From Candidatus Omnitrophota bacterium (lineage in GTDB: Bacteria > Omnitrophota > Gorgyraeia > Duberdicusellales > 4484-171), in the NCBI GenBank assembly GCA_014729775.1, contig WJJJ01000025.1:53790-117789 (forward strand): 64,000 bases of DNA. The letters are read 5' to 3'. The position numbers were made by a program, and so were the translations under genes. Below are positions 46,871-56,726 of the stretch, in pieces (positions within the stretch are counted from its first letter, which is position 1; each line of letters starts with the position of its first letter). The notes beneath the pieces are model-generated. The model was not told where the DNA came from and searched no databases. It worked only from the letters and a program-made list of their open reading frames with translations.

Positions 46871-48261
46871 GGATTATTCCCGGTAAGGAAGCCGGAAATC
46901 TCCTCCGGCGTGCGGACTTCCCCGATACATTCCCGCCACATTTTTTGTGTTTCCATACACAGATAGACCGGGGTAGTGCCGTCCTTTTCTCTGAGCCATT
47001 CTCTCATTTTTGCGTAGATTTGTCTACGGATGAATTCCGGATAACGCAACTTTCCGTCGCCGCCGAGAAGCAGTTCCCCGTAGAAGAGGGTGCTTTCGGG
47101 AAATCTCTGCTCCCATATTGATTTGATCTTCCGGTGGGCGCGCAGGGTGCCCAGGCTGATCCAGGCAAAGGGCGGCCGCAGGTATGAATACAGCTTCGAT
47201 ACCAGTGCCCGATACTCTGTTTCCCATCCCGGCATGTGGATCAGCGGGTCAAAGTGAAAGGCGATCCGATATCCGGCCTGCCGGACTTTTCGGGCAGCTT
47301 CGAGCCTCGCGTCGAGGGACGCCGTGCCGGGCTCTTCATGTGCGGTAATATCCGGCGGGTTCAACGACCAGGAGATGACGATGTTATCCGCCGGGGACAT
47401 CCGGAGGATGTTGTCGATACAGGCACTTTTTGTTTTGAACTCAAAGTATACGTCCGGTTTGGCGCGGAAATACGGAATCAGCTGCAAAGAATACTCCGTG
47501 AGCGGGTCCAGCGCGAGAGAATCGCAAAATTCACCGGTTCCCAGCCGCAGCGGGCCGGGACGCGTGCGCAGAAAAGAATCAAATCGTTCGAAGAAATCGG
47601 ACACGTTGGCCGGGAGAATGATCCCGGGAACATTTGCGTAATGCTGCAGAAAACAGTAAGAGCAGTCGTAGGGGCAGCCGAATCCGAGGTTGAGTATCCA
47701 GTATCCGCAGCGCACGTGGCTTTTGGTACAGGGACACGGTTTATGAAAATCCCAGGGCTCCCGGACGAGAAAGAGCAGGGGGGTTTTCACATTCAGGGGA
47801 GAAAATCGATGCGTGCGGGAATATTCCCGGAGAGATTTCAATGTGGTGAGCGGGGTGTCCGGATAGCGCTCCCGTACGCGCCGGGCGAGATCGCTTTTCC
47901 GCACCGAGGATTCCATGTATATCTGTGCCGGCCTGAATTCGGCAAATCGTCCAGATTCGGGTGCGGGCAGCGGCGGTAACGGGGATGAGTACACCTCAGA
48001 CGGCGGGATGGAGATACGCGCGCTGGTTTCGGGGAATCTCCGGGCGATGAGCACCCGGCGCAGTGCCACAAAGGCGTCCCGCGGCGAATATCGGCGAAGA
48101 TCGAGCTCTTTCTGCGCTTCCTCGAGAATTTCGTGCGGCGAAACGCGTTCGCGAACGGATATTTCGTGTGCAAGCCGTGCGACATCGCGCAGTTTATTTG
48201 ATTCCAGACGCATCCCGAATCGCGATTCGACGTCATGTTGTATTGAAGCTTCATTTGTCAT
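46867..48261 (-). CDS. Spore photoproduct lyase-like radical SAM protein with N-terminal extension
   Basis: GCPYDCSYCFLQ, GTGEFCDSLALD, EFKTKS, SWSLNP, FHFDP, DGKLRY, YLCME. Confidence 0.88.
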   Translation of the reverse strand: MTNEASIQHDVESRFGMRLESNKLRDVARLAHEISVRERVSPHEILEEAQKELDLRRYSPRDAFVALRRVLIARRFPETSARISIPPSEVYSSPLPPLPAPESGRFAEFRPAQIYMESSVRKSDLARRVRERYPDTPLTTLKSLREYSRTHRFSPLNVKTPLLFLVREPWDFHKPCPCTKSHVRCGYWILNLGFGCPYDCSYCFLQHYANVPGIILPANVSDFFERFDSFLRTRPGPLRLGTGEFCDSLALDPLTEYSLQLIPYFRAKPDVYFEFKTKSACIDNILRMSPADNIVISWSLNPPDITAHEEPGTASLDARLEAARKVRQAGYRIAFHFDPLIHMPGWETEYRALVSKLYSYLRPPFAWISLGTLRAHRKIKSIWEQRFPESTLFYGELLLGGDGKLRYPEFIRRQIYAKMREWLREKDGTTPVYLCMETQKMWRECIGEVRTPEEISGFLTGNNP

Positions 48262-48308
48262 AATTCTTGCGGTGTGCTGTCTGCGTGCACGATAAATTGA
48301 TTTATGCT

Positions 48309-48336
48309 ATTATAGAATATCTGACAAATAAGTAAA
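48309..48336 (-). promoter_or_regulatory. Sigma70 promoter for the SPL-like/dgkA pair
   Basis: Minus strand TTTACT-16 nt-TATAAT. Confidence 0.5.
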
Positions 48337-48369
48337 GCAGTTGAAAAAAGCAAAAAAAGGAGAGGCCGT

Positions 48370-48567
48370 ATGAATAAGTGGCAGGCGATCGGGTTTTTCA
48401 GCCCGGCGGTGATCTTTTTCCTTACCGGAATTATCTTTTTCGCGCTCGGCAGCGTCGCCGCGGATCCGGTACTTCGCCAGATCGGATCATTCTGGATGCC
48501 GCTGGGCTTGCTTTATCTGTTGCTCATGCTTTTTTTATATTCTCGGAAGAAAAAAGGCTCTGGATGA
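48370..48567 (+). CDS. Small two-TM membrane protein
   Basis: AAGGAG RBS; two hydrophobic helices; basic tail. Confidence 0.65.
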   Translation: MNKWQAIGFFSPAVIFFLTGIIFFALGSVAADPVLRQIGSFWMPLGLLYLLLMLFLYSRKKKGSG

Positions 48568-48590
48568 ACCGTAAGACAGGCGAGGAGAAA

Positions 48591-49466
48591 CTACCGGCGC
48601 CGCGAAGAGAGCGACTCGAACAGTTTGTTCTCCAGTTCTGCGGTCATTGCTTCATATTTGCCGGCCTCTTCGAATTTCCTTCGTTTACGGGCTCCCTGCG
48701 TAAAAATTGAAACTTTTTTCTTGAGCGCGTCAAAGGCAAGAAGCTTTTGAGTTTCGGTCAGGCGCGTTTTTCCCACGAACAGGTTGTGGAGCGCTTGAAT
48801 ACGGAACCTGTCCATTGCCGGGTAGCGGCGCGATTGCTGGTCCGGATGGCCGCCCTCTTTGATCGTGAGCGCTTCCGGGAGCAGATAGACAGGGAATTTC
48901 GCCGAAACTCTCAGCCAGAAATCGTAATCCTCACACGCCGGCAGATTTTCGTCGAATGTTCCCAGCAGCTGAAAAATACCTTTTTGCACTGCCGCAGTGG
49001 AGATACTGATACAGCACAGTTCCAGCGCCTGACGGAACACCCATCCCGAAGGTTTCTTATGGTAGCTTTTCTGCGGCAGGAGCGTCCCGTTGCGGTACCA
49101 GACTTCTTCGGTATGGAAAACACGGTACTCGGGAAAATTCTGGATATGTTCGTGCATAAGTTCAAGCTTATGCGTCCGGAACCGGTCGTCGGAATCGAGG
49201 AAGCAGACATACTCTCCCCGGGCATGGCGCAGGCCCAGGTTACGGGCTGCGGAAACGCCGCGATGGTCCTGTTGAAAGGCATTGATCTGGGGGTGGGGCA
49301 GATACTGAGCGATCAAATCGCGGCTGTCGTCGGTGGAGCCGTCGTCGACGATGATCAGTTCGTAATCGGTAAAGGTCTGTTCCAGTACCGATTCCATGGC
49401 GATCTTGAGAAAATCACTACGGTTGTAAGCGGGGATAATTACGCTGAAGAAGGGCGCTTCATTCAT
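48591..49466 (-). CDS. Glycosyltransferase family 2
   Basis: FSVIIPAYNR, IVDDGSTD, GVSAARN, FLDSDD, CEDYDFW, GGHPDQ; start placed at 49466 after a GAGGA RBS because the longer ATG abuts the -10. Confidence 0.92.
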   Translation of the reverse strand: MNEAPFFSVIIPAYNRSDFLKIAMESVLEQTFTDYELIIVDDGSTDDSRDLIAQYLPHPQINAFQQDHRGVSAARNLGLRHARGEYVCFLDSDDRFRTHKLELMHEHIQNFPEYRVFHTEEVWYRNGTLLPQKSYHKKPSGWVFRQALELCCISISTAAVQKGIFQLLGTFDENLPACEDYDFWLRVSAKFPVYLLPEALTIKEGGHPDQQSRRYPAMDRFRIQALHNLFVGKTRLTETQKLLAFDALKKKVSIFTQGARKRRKFEEAGKYEAMTAELENKLFESLSSRRR

Positions 49467-49493
49467 TCTGGTATGTTCCTCAATTGAAATCAT

Positions 49494-49522
49494 ATTATAA
49501 GTGAAAACCGATTCGAGCGCAA
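49494..49522 (-). promoter_or_regulatory. Sigma70 promoter for the GT2 gene
   Basis: Minus strand TTGCGC-17 nt-TATAAT. Confidence 0.6.
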
Positions 49523-49807
49523 GGAGGATGGAGAGAAAAAACCAATATTGAGGTGGTATTTTTGAAATAAATTATGGTAAAATATGATGCATGTGTGATC
49601 TGCATCCACGGGGTGATCTGTTTCCGCCTGAAAAGAAGGACGCACAGGCACGCTCCCTCGCGCCCGCTTTCAGGGATGAGATGCCGCGAGCGCGCCGTTT
49701 AACACCCTGTCTGTGCCTGATAAAATCTCCTCGGGAAGCAGAAGGCCTGTGATGTCAATGGGGTGATATCTGTGGCGGCAATGAACAAAAAATGAGGGGA
49801 GGAAAGC

Positions 49808-50017
49808 ATGCAGCATCAAAACTGGAAATGCCCCAAATGCGGCAATGAGCAATTCGAAACCGACCAGTTTCAGGCCACCGGAGGAATGTTCGCCAAGATC
49901 TTTGACGTGCAGAATAAGAAATTTTCCACGGTGACGTGTGACCGATGCCAGTACACCGAGATCTACCGCGCCGCAACTGGTTCGCTGGGGAACGTGTTTG
50001 ATTTCTTTACCAGCTGA
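49808..50017 (+). CDS. Small zinc-ribbon protein (COG3478-like)
   Basis: WKCPKC..FDVQ..F..VTCDRCQYTEIY; GGAGG RBS. Confidence 0.88.
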   Translation: MQHQNWKCPKCGNEQFETDQFQATGGMFAKIFDVQNKKFSTVTCDRCQYTEIYRAATGSLGNVFDFFTS

Positions 50018-50070
50018 GTTCCATGCGGGTATTTTGCGCCGGATGAACGGAATTTTTCTTATTTCAAAGG

Positions 50071-50493
50071 ATGGATGAATCGCGTGAGAGAACGTCGCTG
50101 AGGAATTTTCTTCTTGTGCTGGGAATCCTGCTGGCGGCATGGGCAGGGCTGTGGTATTTTCATTTTCGTTATGATCAATCAATGAGAGTGACTGCCACCG
50201 CGTTTAATTCCGTACCGGAACAGACCGACCGTCAGCCGAATACCGCGGCCTGGGGGAACCGGCTTAAACCCGGTGATAAGGCGATCGCCGTCTCCCGTGA
50301 TCTTATCGACCGGGGCCTGAAAAACGGGACACCGGTCAGGATTGAGGGTCTGTTCGGGACGTATACCGTACGCGACAAAATGAACAAACGATATCGCCGC
50401 AGGATCGATATCTATATGGGCGCAGATAGGCAACGGGCCATGAAGTGGGGAAAACAAAAGGTGCGTATCCGCTGGCCGGGTGATGACCGATGA
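50071..50493 (+). CDS. 3D (Asp-Asp-Asp) domain protein, membrane-anchored
   Basis: VTATAFNS..QTD, AIAVSRDL, V.D.M..R..RIDIY, A.KWG. Confidence 0.87.
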   Translation: MDESRERTSLRNFLLVLGILLAAWAGLWYFHFRYDQSMRVTATAFNSVPEQTDRQPNTAAWGNRLKPGDKAIAVSRDLIDRGLKNGTPVRIEGLFGTYTVRDKMNKRYRRRIDIYMGADRQRAMKWGKQKVRIRWPGDDR

Positions 50494-50929
50494 GCAGATG
50501 AAGAGAACCCGTGCACACCGGAAATTTTACCGCCACGGCCTGAGGTTCGAATGTCAAGGCGGGGGCAAGTGCTGTACCGCCGGCACGCAGGAAGGGTACG
50601 TATACCTGACGCTGGCTGACCGGCAGAATATCGCGCGCTATCTGGGAATTTCCCTGGCGGTATTTACCAGAAAATACTGCCGGCGGGAACAGGGGATGTG
50701 TTATTTACGCCGGCTGAAACCATGCTGCCAGTTTTTGGACAATAATCGATGCGCGATTTATCCGGTCCGGCCGATCCAGTGCGAGACCTGGCCGTTCTGG
50801 CCGGACAATCTTACCCCCGAGGCCTGGCGGCGCGCGAAGCGGTTTTGCCCGGGAATCGGGAAAGGACGGATCCATTCCCTTCAGGAGATAGAACGGTTAA
50901 TGACACTGCAGGCGCGGCTGGAAACATAA
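50480..50929 (+). CDS. YkgJ family Cys-cluster protein
   Basis: FECQ..GKCC, C.FL..NRC.IY..RP.QC.TWPFWP, CPGIG. Confidence 0.88.
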   Translation: MMTDEQMKRTRAHRKFYRHGLRFECQGGGKCCTAGTQEGYVYLTLADRQNIARYLGISLAVFTRKYCRREQGMCYLRRLKPCCQFLDNNRCAIYPVRPIQCETWPFWPDNLTPEAWRRAKRFCPGIGKGRIHSLQEIERLMTLQARLET

Positions 50930-50939
50930 AGGAGGCAAG

Positions 50940-51419
50940 ATGCGCAGGCTGTTCTTTATCGGGATTATGATACTCGGATTATGCGGAGCACGCGGCCAGG
51001 CATTGGACTGGAAAATTACGGAATTCTGGATGAATGCCGATCAACTTTTATCTCCGGGAGACATGGTGTGCCGCAGTATTATCGATGCGTCCGCAGCGAC
51101 GGTCGGGAGCGGCGGCGCACGCGAAGCCCGGATGGAACATCAGGTGATGTATATAGGATATGAGCCTGGCGATCCCGGGCAGGCGCGGTTTCTGCGTACC
51201 AGTACCTGGCGTAAGGACACCGCGAAATTTTACCAGCCGGGAACCAAGGACGTGCGTGAATGGACCCAGCCCTTTGACCGTCAGGGGATGACTGTGCTTG
51301 ACTTTGCGTATTTTCCCGCGATCAAAGTCACCTTGACCGATCGTGAGACGGAGACCATCCGGGTTGCGGCCGACGTTGACCAGTGGAAGGCAGAATTGCC
51401 GCCGGTACGGGATTATTGA
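50940..51419 (+). CDS. Exported hypothetical protein
   Basis: AAGGAGG RBS; signal-peptide-like N-terminus; no recognised motif. Confidence 0.65.
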   Translation: MRRLFFIGIMILGLCGARGQALDWKITEFWMNADQLLSPGDMVCRSIIDASAATVGSGGAREARMEHQVMYIGYEPGDPGQARFLRTSTWRKDTAKFYQPGTKDVREWTQPFDRQGMTVLDFAYFPAIKVTLTDRETETIRVAADVDQWKAELPPVRDY

Positions 51420-51488
51420 CCCTCAGGGACCGCAAGAAGGCTCTTGTCTTCCGTACCCCCGGCGGAAAGATGATTACCTTTTTTCCCG

Positions 51489-52376
51489 CTATCCCGGAGT
51501 ATCGCCGGGAAGGCCGCCGGCGAGAGGATTTTGATACGTAAGGGACCTGTCATAGAACCGGCGGAATTCCGGTACTATGAGATACAGCCGCAGTCCGGTT
51601 CTGCGGTTCAGCGCTCTCATGCGGACGGCCTGATCCGCCGCAAACGAATCATAGCGGTGTTTGGCGGCGTATATCTCCTTCATTTTTTGCGCCGCGGCGC
51701 GTTCCCTTATCTGCTCGATTCGTTCCCCCACCTGGAGGAAATTTCCCTGGATAGGATGGTACAGTTCCACGTCAATCTCTTTCACTCCTTTCGGAAGCAG
51801 GCGCAGGATTGTGTCCAAGGAGGAAAGAAAAGGGAAAAAAGGGCCGGCGTGCACCCGCAACGAAATCCCGAAACGGAGAATTTCGGCCAGTGTATCTATT
51901 CGATGGTGAAGGTGAGGAGACGCGCCTTCCAAGGCGCGAATATGATGATTACTGCTCAAATTGAAGGTGAAAAATATCCGGTTCTCCCGGTTCCTGCTCA
52001 GTAAAGGCAGGCAGGAACGAATCAAATGCGATTTCGTCAAAATCGTCACCGGAATTCCATATCGGTCTAGAATCTTCAGAATTTTTTCGGTCAGACGGAA
52101 ACGGGCTTCCGCATACTGAAAACATTCGGTAGTTGAGCCCAGCAGTACCCGCCGCGGCCGCCGCATTCGGAGTTCCCGGGTCAATAGTTCCGGCGCATTT
52201 ATTTTCGCTTCTACACAGGCACGCCTGCTACCCGCGCTATGCGCCTTTCGGGCGTAGCAGTAGACGCAGTCAAACTGACATCCGCGATAAGGATTGATTA
52301 CCGCGTCGGCCAGACTGATTTGCGTAGGAGAAAGCACCCGTTGAGCCCGTATCTCTTTCCACTCGCAGAAGCTCAT
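51489..52376 (-). CDS. Radical SAM protein (SplB/Rv2578c-like)
   Basis: INPYRGCQFDCVYCYA, K.NAPELL..EL, ILTKS. Confidence 0.88.
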   Translation of the reverse strand: MSFCEWKEIRAQRVLSPTQISLADAVINPYRGCQFDCVYCYARKAHSAGSRRACVEAKINAPELLTRELRMRRPRRVLLGSTTECFQYAEARFRLTEKILKILDRYGIPVTILTKSHLIRSCLPLLSRNRENRIFFTFNLSSNHHIRALEGASPHLHHRIDTLAEILRFGISLRVHAGPFFPFLSSLDTILRLLPKGVKEIDVELYHPIQGNFLQVGERIEQIRERAAAQKMKEIYAAKHRYDSFAADQAVRMRALNRRTGLRLYLIVPEFRRFYDRSLTYQNPLAGGLPGDTPG

Positions 52377-53647
52377 CGCGGAACCTTCCCGGGCTGGATC
52401 AAGTTGTTGATATATCTGGGGGTGAACGGAATTTTCTCGGCGGCGACCAGCGCGGCCAGCCGGTCGGCCCGGTGACGCGCCCTACGCGAAGGGAACCGCG
52501 GTGCGGCCCGCCGGAGGTCATAATCGAGATAGGGGTTGATCTGTGCGATTTTCGGAATGAGCCGTTTCTGCGCAATAAGGAACCGGCAGGTCTGTGCGAA
52601 ATCCCGCGCGCGTTCGCCGGGAAATCCGGCGATCAGACTGATCTCAAAGTGAATACCAGCGGTGCGCAGGGTGCGGAAAAAGGAACGTGCGCCGCCGGCG
52701 GTAACGCCTTTTCTCATTTTCTGTAATACTGCATCAGAGCCGCTCTCCAGGCCGATAAACAGGTTGCTGCACCCGCTTTTTTTCAATAAACGGGCCAGGG
52801 CAACGGGAAATGAAGGCTGGATTTTCATCTGGGCTTCCCAGCGTATCGAAAGCCTGGTGTCGATAATCATCCGGCAGAATTCTTCGAGCCATTGGAAAGA
52901 ATGATTGAACAGTGAATCGCAGAACACGAAATAGCGCCGCCGGTAACGCCGGTGTAACCGGATAATCTGTTCACCCACATAAGAGGGGCTGTGGATGCGA
53001 TAGGAACGGAAGAGGAACCTTTCGGTGCAGAAGGCGCACTCTCCGGGACAGCCGCGCGAAGAGAGAAGAGGAAGCACAGGGGGGATCCGAGAGGGCGCCA
53101 GATAATCGAAGTCATAGTGCGGCAGGCGGTCAAGATCGGAAAGTTCATCGTGCACGATCCGCGCTCGATCGTCGCCCCGGATGATCCGGGCCGACGGCAA
53201 CTCGCCTTCGCCGATGACCCACTGTGCCCGCAGTCCGGGAAACTTTCCGCTCAGGTAGAATCGTAAAGTCTGGGGTCCGCCGCAGAAAATTTTCACCTTT
53301 GGGTTTCGCCGAACGATACGATCGGCGATGTCCAGGACACAGGGAGTATTCCGCTGAGTGAGCGTAAACCCCACCGCGTCCGATTCCGCTGCGGTACATT
53401 CGACTTTTTCCATCAGCAGGGGAACCGCGTTGCGCAGACGGGCGAACAGCGACCGCTCAAACGCCGGATCGACTTTCAGCCATCGCGGCCGCGTCTCAGG
53501 CAGACGGCGGAACGCAATCTGGTTGAGATCGAGGATCCGCACTTCTGCCGTACAGGTATGTTCCAGATACGCTTTCAGCAGTACCGGTGCCAGCGGCGGC
53601 GGGGTGATCCAGGAGGGCGGGGCATAGATCAAGGTTACTATTTTCAT
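52373..53647 (-). CDS. B12-binding-domain radical SAM protein
   Basis: PPLA..LKAYL, GGP, SRGCPGECAFC, F.DSLFN, GLESGS..VL.KM.KG, IAGFPGE. Confidence 0.88.
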   Translation of the reverse strand: MKIVTLIYAPPSWITPPPLAPVLLKAYLEHTCTAEVRILDLNQIAFRRLPETRPRWLKVDPAFERSLFARLRNAVPLLMEKVECTAAESDAVGFTLTQRNTPCVLDIADRIVRRNPKVKIFCGGPQTLRFYLSGKFPGLRAQWVIGEGELPSARIIRGDDRARIVHDELSDLDRLPHYDFDYLAPSRIPPVLPLLSSRGCPGECAFCTERFLFRSYRIHSPSYVGEQIIRLHRRYRRRYFVFCDSLFNHSFQWLEEFCRMIIDTRLSIRWEAQMKIQPSFPVALARLLKKSGCSNLFIGLESGSDAVLQKMRKGVTAGGARSFFRTLRTAGIHFEISLIAGFPGERARDFAQTCRFLIAQKRLIPKIAQINPYLDYDLRRAAPRFPSRRARHRADRLAALVAAEKIPFTPRYINNLIQPGKVPR

Positions 53648-53726
53648 GTTTTTTTATGAGAAGTTGCGTTACAATAAATATCCAGGACTGTATTGTACTA
53701 TAACGGGGAACTTCACAAAAATCAAG

Positions 53727-54860
53727 ATGCGCCCATTACTGTACATCCATATTCCGTTTTGCGACAGAGGCAAATGCGCTTATTGCGATTTCTACAGCGT
53801 GCCCTATGAACCCCGGCAGGCCGCGGCGCTCGTCGAAAGCTACGGGCGCGAACTCCGGATGACCACTTCTCATTTTCGCACGATTTATATCGGCGGAGGA
53901 ACCCCCTCGGTCTTATCCCGATCAGCGTGGGCGACGCTGCTCAACGCCTGCCGCCGGCACGCCTCCGGCGCGGAAGAATGGACGGTCGAGATGAATCCTG
54001 AACACGTGACCGGGACGCTGGCGCATATGCTGAAAGAGTCCGGGGTGAACCGGATCAGTCTGGGAGTACAGTCATTCTGCCGGCAGAAATTACGGTGCCT
54101 CGGCCGCAGGCATTCTCCGTCGCAAGCCGCTGAGGCGGTGAATATCGTCCGGAAGGCAGGGATCCAAAATGTCAGCATTGATTTACTGTTCGGCGTATGG
54201 GAAGAATCCCTTAAAGAATGGAGGCGGGAACTTGCCGGTGCACTCACCCTTCCCCTGACCCATCTTTCTCTCTACGCGCTGACCTATGAAAGGGATACGC
54301 TCCTTGGCCGCCGCCTTTCACGGGGGGACATTACGCCCCTCGCGGACGATATCGTGGCAGAGCAGTATCTGGCAGCCGCTGATCTCCTGCGTTCCTGCGG
54401 GTTCGTACGCTATGAGATCTCCAATTTTGCCCGGCCTGGTCGTGAATGCCTTCATAATTTGGGATATTGGCAGGGATTTCCCTATCTTGGAATCGGTCCG
54501 TCGGCGGTTTCTTTTCTGAACGGAGTTCGTATGCGCCGAACTGCGGAGGTGTCCCGTTATCTCGCGCTGGACGGAGGCGCGGCGGCCGTATGCGAGCGGG
54601 AAAAACTTCCTCCCGCGTACCGGGCCCGCGAAGCCGCCGCAGTATTGATACGAACCAGTCAGGGGATCGATTTTGCGGCTTTCCGCCGCCGCTACGGATA
54701 CGACCTTTTGAATACGACGCGGCCGGGCCTGCAGGAATTGGTAGGGGCCGGAATTCTGGAATGGACCGGCTCTCCGGCACGCCCCACCGGCGTACGGCTT
54801 ACTTCCGAAGGCTTCCTGCGTGCCGATACCGCTTCCAGTGCCCTGCTTTCACACACCTGA
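53727..54860 (+). CDS. hemW: Radical SAM heme chaperone HemW (HemN-like)
   Basis: LYIHIPFC..KCAYCDF, TIYIGGGTPS, NRISLGVQSF, YEISNFA, HNLGYW. Confidence 0.9.
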   Translation: MRPLLYIHIPFCDRGKCAYCDFYSVPYEPRQAAALVESYGRELRMTTSHFRTIYIGGGTPSVLSRSAWATLLNACRRHASGAEEWTVEMNPEHVTGTLAHMLKESGVNRISLGVQSFCRQKLRCLGRRHSPSQAAEAVNIVRKAGIQNVSIDLLFGVWEESLKEWRRELAGALTLPLTHLSLYALTYERDTLLGRRLSRGDITPLADDIVAEQYLAAADLLRSCGFVRYEISNFARPGRECLHNLGYWQGFPYLGIGPSAVSFLNGVRMRRTAEVSRYLALDGGAAAVCEREKLPPAYRAREAAAVLIRTSQGIDFAAFRRRYGYDLLNTTRPGLQELVGAGILEWTGSPARPTGVRLTSEGFLRADTASSALLSHT

Positions 54861-54994
54861 CTGAAAATATTCCGGATTCGTTGATTTCACGGGAGAAGTG
54901 TTCATTTAAAGGTAGATTTTTTACGCATAGATGATATAATCTATCGGATATTGGGGCGCGCCGGAGCAGGGGTTACTTTTCGGTTCAGATACGA

Positions 54995-55981
54995 ATGAAA
55001 CTACGCAAGAAACGGGTGCAGCACATACTGTCGCAGTTTGCCGGGAAACACTGTCTCGTCATCGGCGATCTGATTTTAGATCACTATCTGCTGGGCAACG
55101 TGGATCGCATCTCTCCGGAAGCTCCTGTTCCGGTAGTATGGGCCTCCGGAGAAGAATTTCTCTGCGGGGGCGCCGCCAACGTCGGACGTAACTTAACCGC
55201 ATTGGGCGCGTCTTCCTCACTATGCGGAATTACCGGCAGGGATTATTACGGAAAACAGCTTTGGACAATTATCGAACAGGAGGGAATCGGGACGCGGTTG
55301 ATCCGCAGAGAGAAGCTTCGCCCGACTACGCTCAAGACACGGGTAATTGCCCATCATCAACAAGTAGTAAGGGTGGACCGCGAAGCGACCGATCCGCTGC
55401 CTTCTCGGGTGAATCGCGCGCTGGTGAAAAAGGTGCGTGCGTGCCTCGATCTGTTTGATGCGGTCATTATCGAAGACTACGGAAAAGGGGTGGTGACTGC
55501 CGAATTGGTGCAGGAATTAGTTGCCCTGTGTCGCGAAAAGAATAAAATAATCACGGTCGATCCCAAACAGGATCATTTTGATTATTACCGTCACGTAACC
55601 GCGCTGACGCCGAATTTACACGAAGCGGCACAGGCGGTGCACATGCGGGGAAGTGAAGCCGGTGAAGTGGCGGCGATCGGCCGTGCGGTACTTGATGCCC
55701 TCCAGCCGAAGGCACTGCTGCTCACTCTCGGCGAGAAGGGGATGATGCTCTTCTCCCAAGACCGTATCACCCATATCCCTGCCTATCCGGTAGAAGTGTA
55801 TGATGTCACGGGAGCGGGGGATACCGTAATCGCCGCGTTTACGCTCAGTTTAAGCGCGGGCGCGACATTTGAAGAAGCGGCGTCGATCGCGAATTTTGCC
55901 GCCGGCATAGTAGTAGGACGCAGAGGCGCGGCCGTAACCGATGCTGAAACCCTGCGAAGGAGGATTTATGAGCACATATAG
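54995..55981 (+). CDS. rfaE1: D-glycero-beta-D-manno-heptose-7-phosphate kinase (RfaE domain I)
   Basis: GDLILDHY..G.VDRISPEAPVPV, GGAANV, DYGKG, DVTGAGDTV. Confidence 0.94.
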   Translation: MKLRKKRVQHILSQFAGKHCLVIGDLILDHYLLGNVDRISPEAPVPVVWASGEEFLCGGAANVGRNLTALGASSSLCGITGRDYYGKQLWTIIEQEGIGTRLIRREKLRPTTLKTRVIAHHQQVVRVDREATDPLPSRVNRALVKKVRACLDLFDAVIIEDYGKGVVTAELVQELVALCREKNKIITVDPKQDHFDYYRHVTALTPNLHEAAQAVHMRGSEAGEVAAIGRAVLDALQPKALLLTLGEKGMMLFSQDRITHIPAYPVEVYDVTGAGDTVIAAFTLSLSAGATFEEAASIANFAAGIVVGRRGAAVTDAETLRRRIYEHI

Positions 55982-56726
55982 CGTTATCGGGGTAATTCCG
56001 GCCCGCTACCGGTCAACCCGCCTTCCGTTTAAATTACTGCGGGAGGTGGCCGGCAAACCTTTGCTGCAGCATACCTGGGAGAACGCGTCCCAGGCGCGGA
56101 TGCTGGATAAATTACTCATTGCCTGTGATGACGAACGGATCGAAGAAGCCGCCCGAGACTTCGGCGCGGAAGTAGTCCCGACGTCGGTACAGCACACCTC
56201 TGGTACCGATCGTATCGCCGAGGCGGTCCGCGATATCGACACTCAGATCATCATCAACATCCAGGCCGACGAACCTATGATCCAGCCGTTTGTGATTAAC
56301 CGTCTCGCGACCGAAATGCGGGAGAACCGAGATCTCATGATGGCCACGGTCAAAAAAAAGATCGAGCGAAAAGAGGAAGTATACGATCCCGGGGTGGTCA
56401 AAGTCGTGTGCGGAAAAGACGACTTCGCCCTTTATTTCTCCCGTTACGCCGTTCCTTACGTCAGGGACGGACAGAAGCTGGCGCACTCGTTCTATAAACA
56501 TGTCGGTATTTACGCCTACACCAAAGATTTTTTATTCACCTTCAAGAATCTGCCTCCTTCGCAACTGGAACAGGCGGAAAAGCTGGAACAGCTGCGAGCC
56601 CTCGAAGCCGGATTCAAGATCAGGGTAATAGAAACCAACTGTGACTGCCGGGGAGTCGATACGGAAGAAGATCTGGCCGCGGTCACCCGGCTGCTCGCGG
56701 AAAAAAAGGCGGAAGATGAACACTGA
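55968..56726 (+). CDS. kdsB: CMP-Kdo synthetase
   Basis: IPARY.STRLP.K, SGTDR, NIQADEP, ALYFSR, EKLEQLRAL. Confidence 0.96.
   Translation: MSTYSVIGVIPARYRSTRLPFKLLREVAGKPLLQHTWENASQARMLDKLLIACDDERIEEAARDFGAEVVPTSVQHTSGTDRIAEAVRDIDTQIIINIQADEPMIQPFVINRLATEMRENRDLMMATVKKKIERKEEVYDPGVVKVVCGKDDFALYFSRYAVPYVRDGQKLAHSFYKHVGIYAYTKDFLFTFKNLPPSQLEQAEKLEQLRALEAGFKIRVIETNCDCRGVDTEEDLAAVTRLLAEKKAEDEH

Noticed and set aside
49591-49752. About 53-aa ORF (MCDLHPRG..) or SRP/6S RNA in the long intergenic region
   Set aside because: No RBS or protein-like features; the SRP consensus loop and the long 6S hairpin are not evident.
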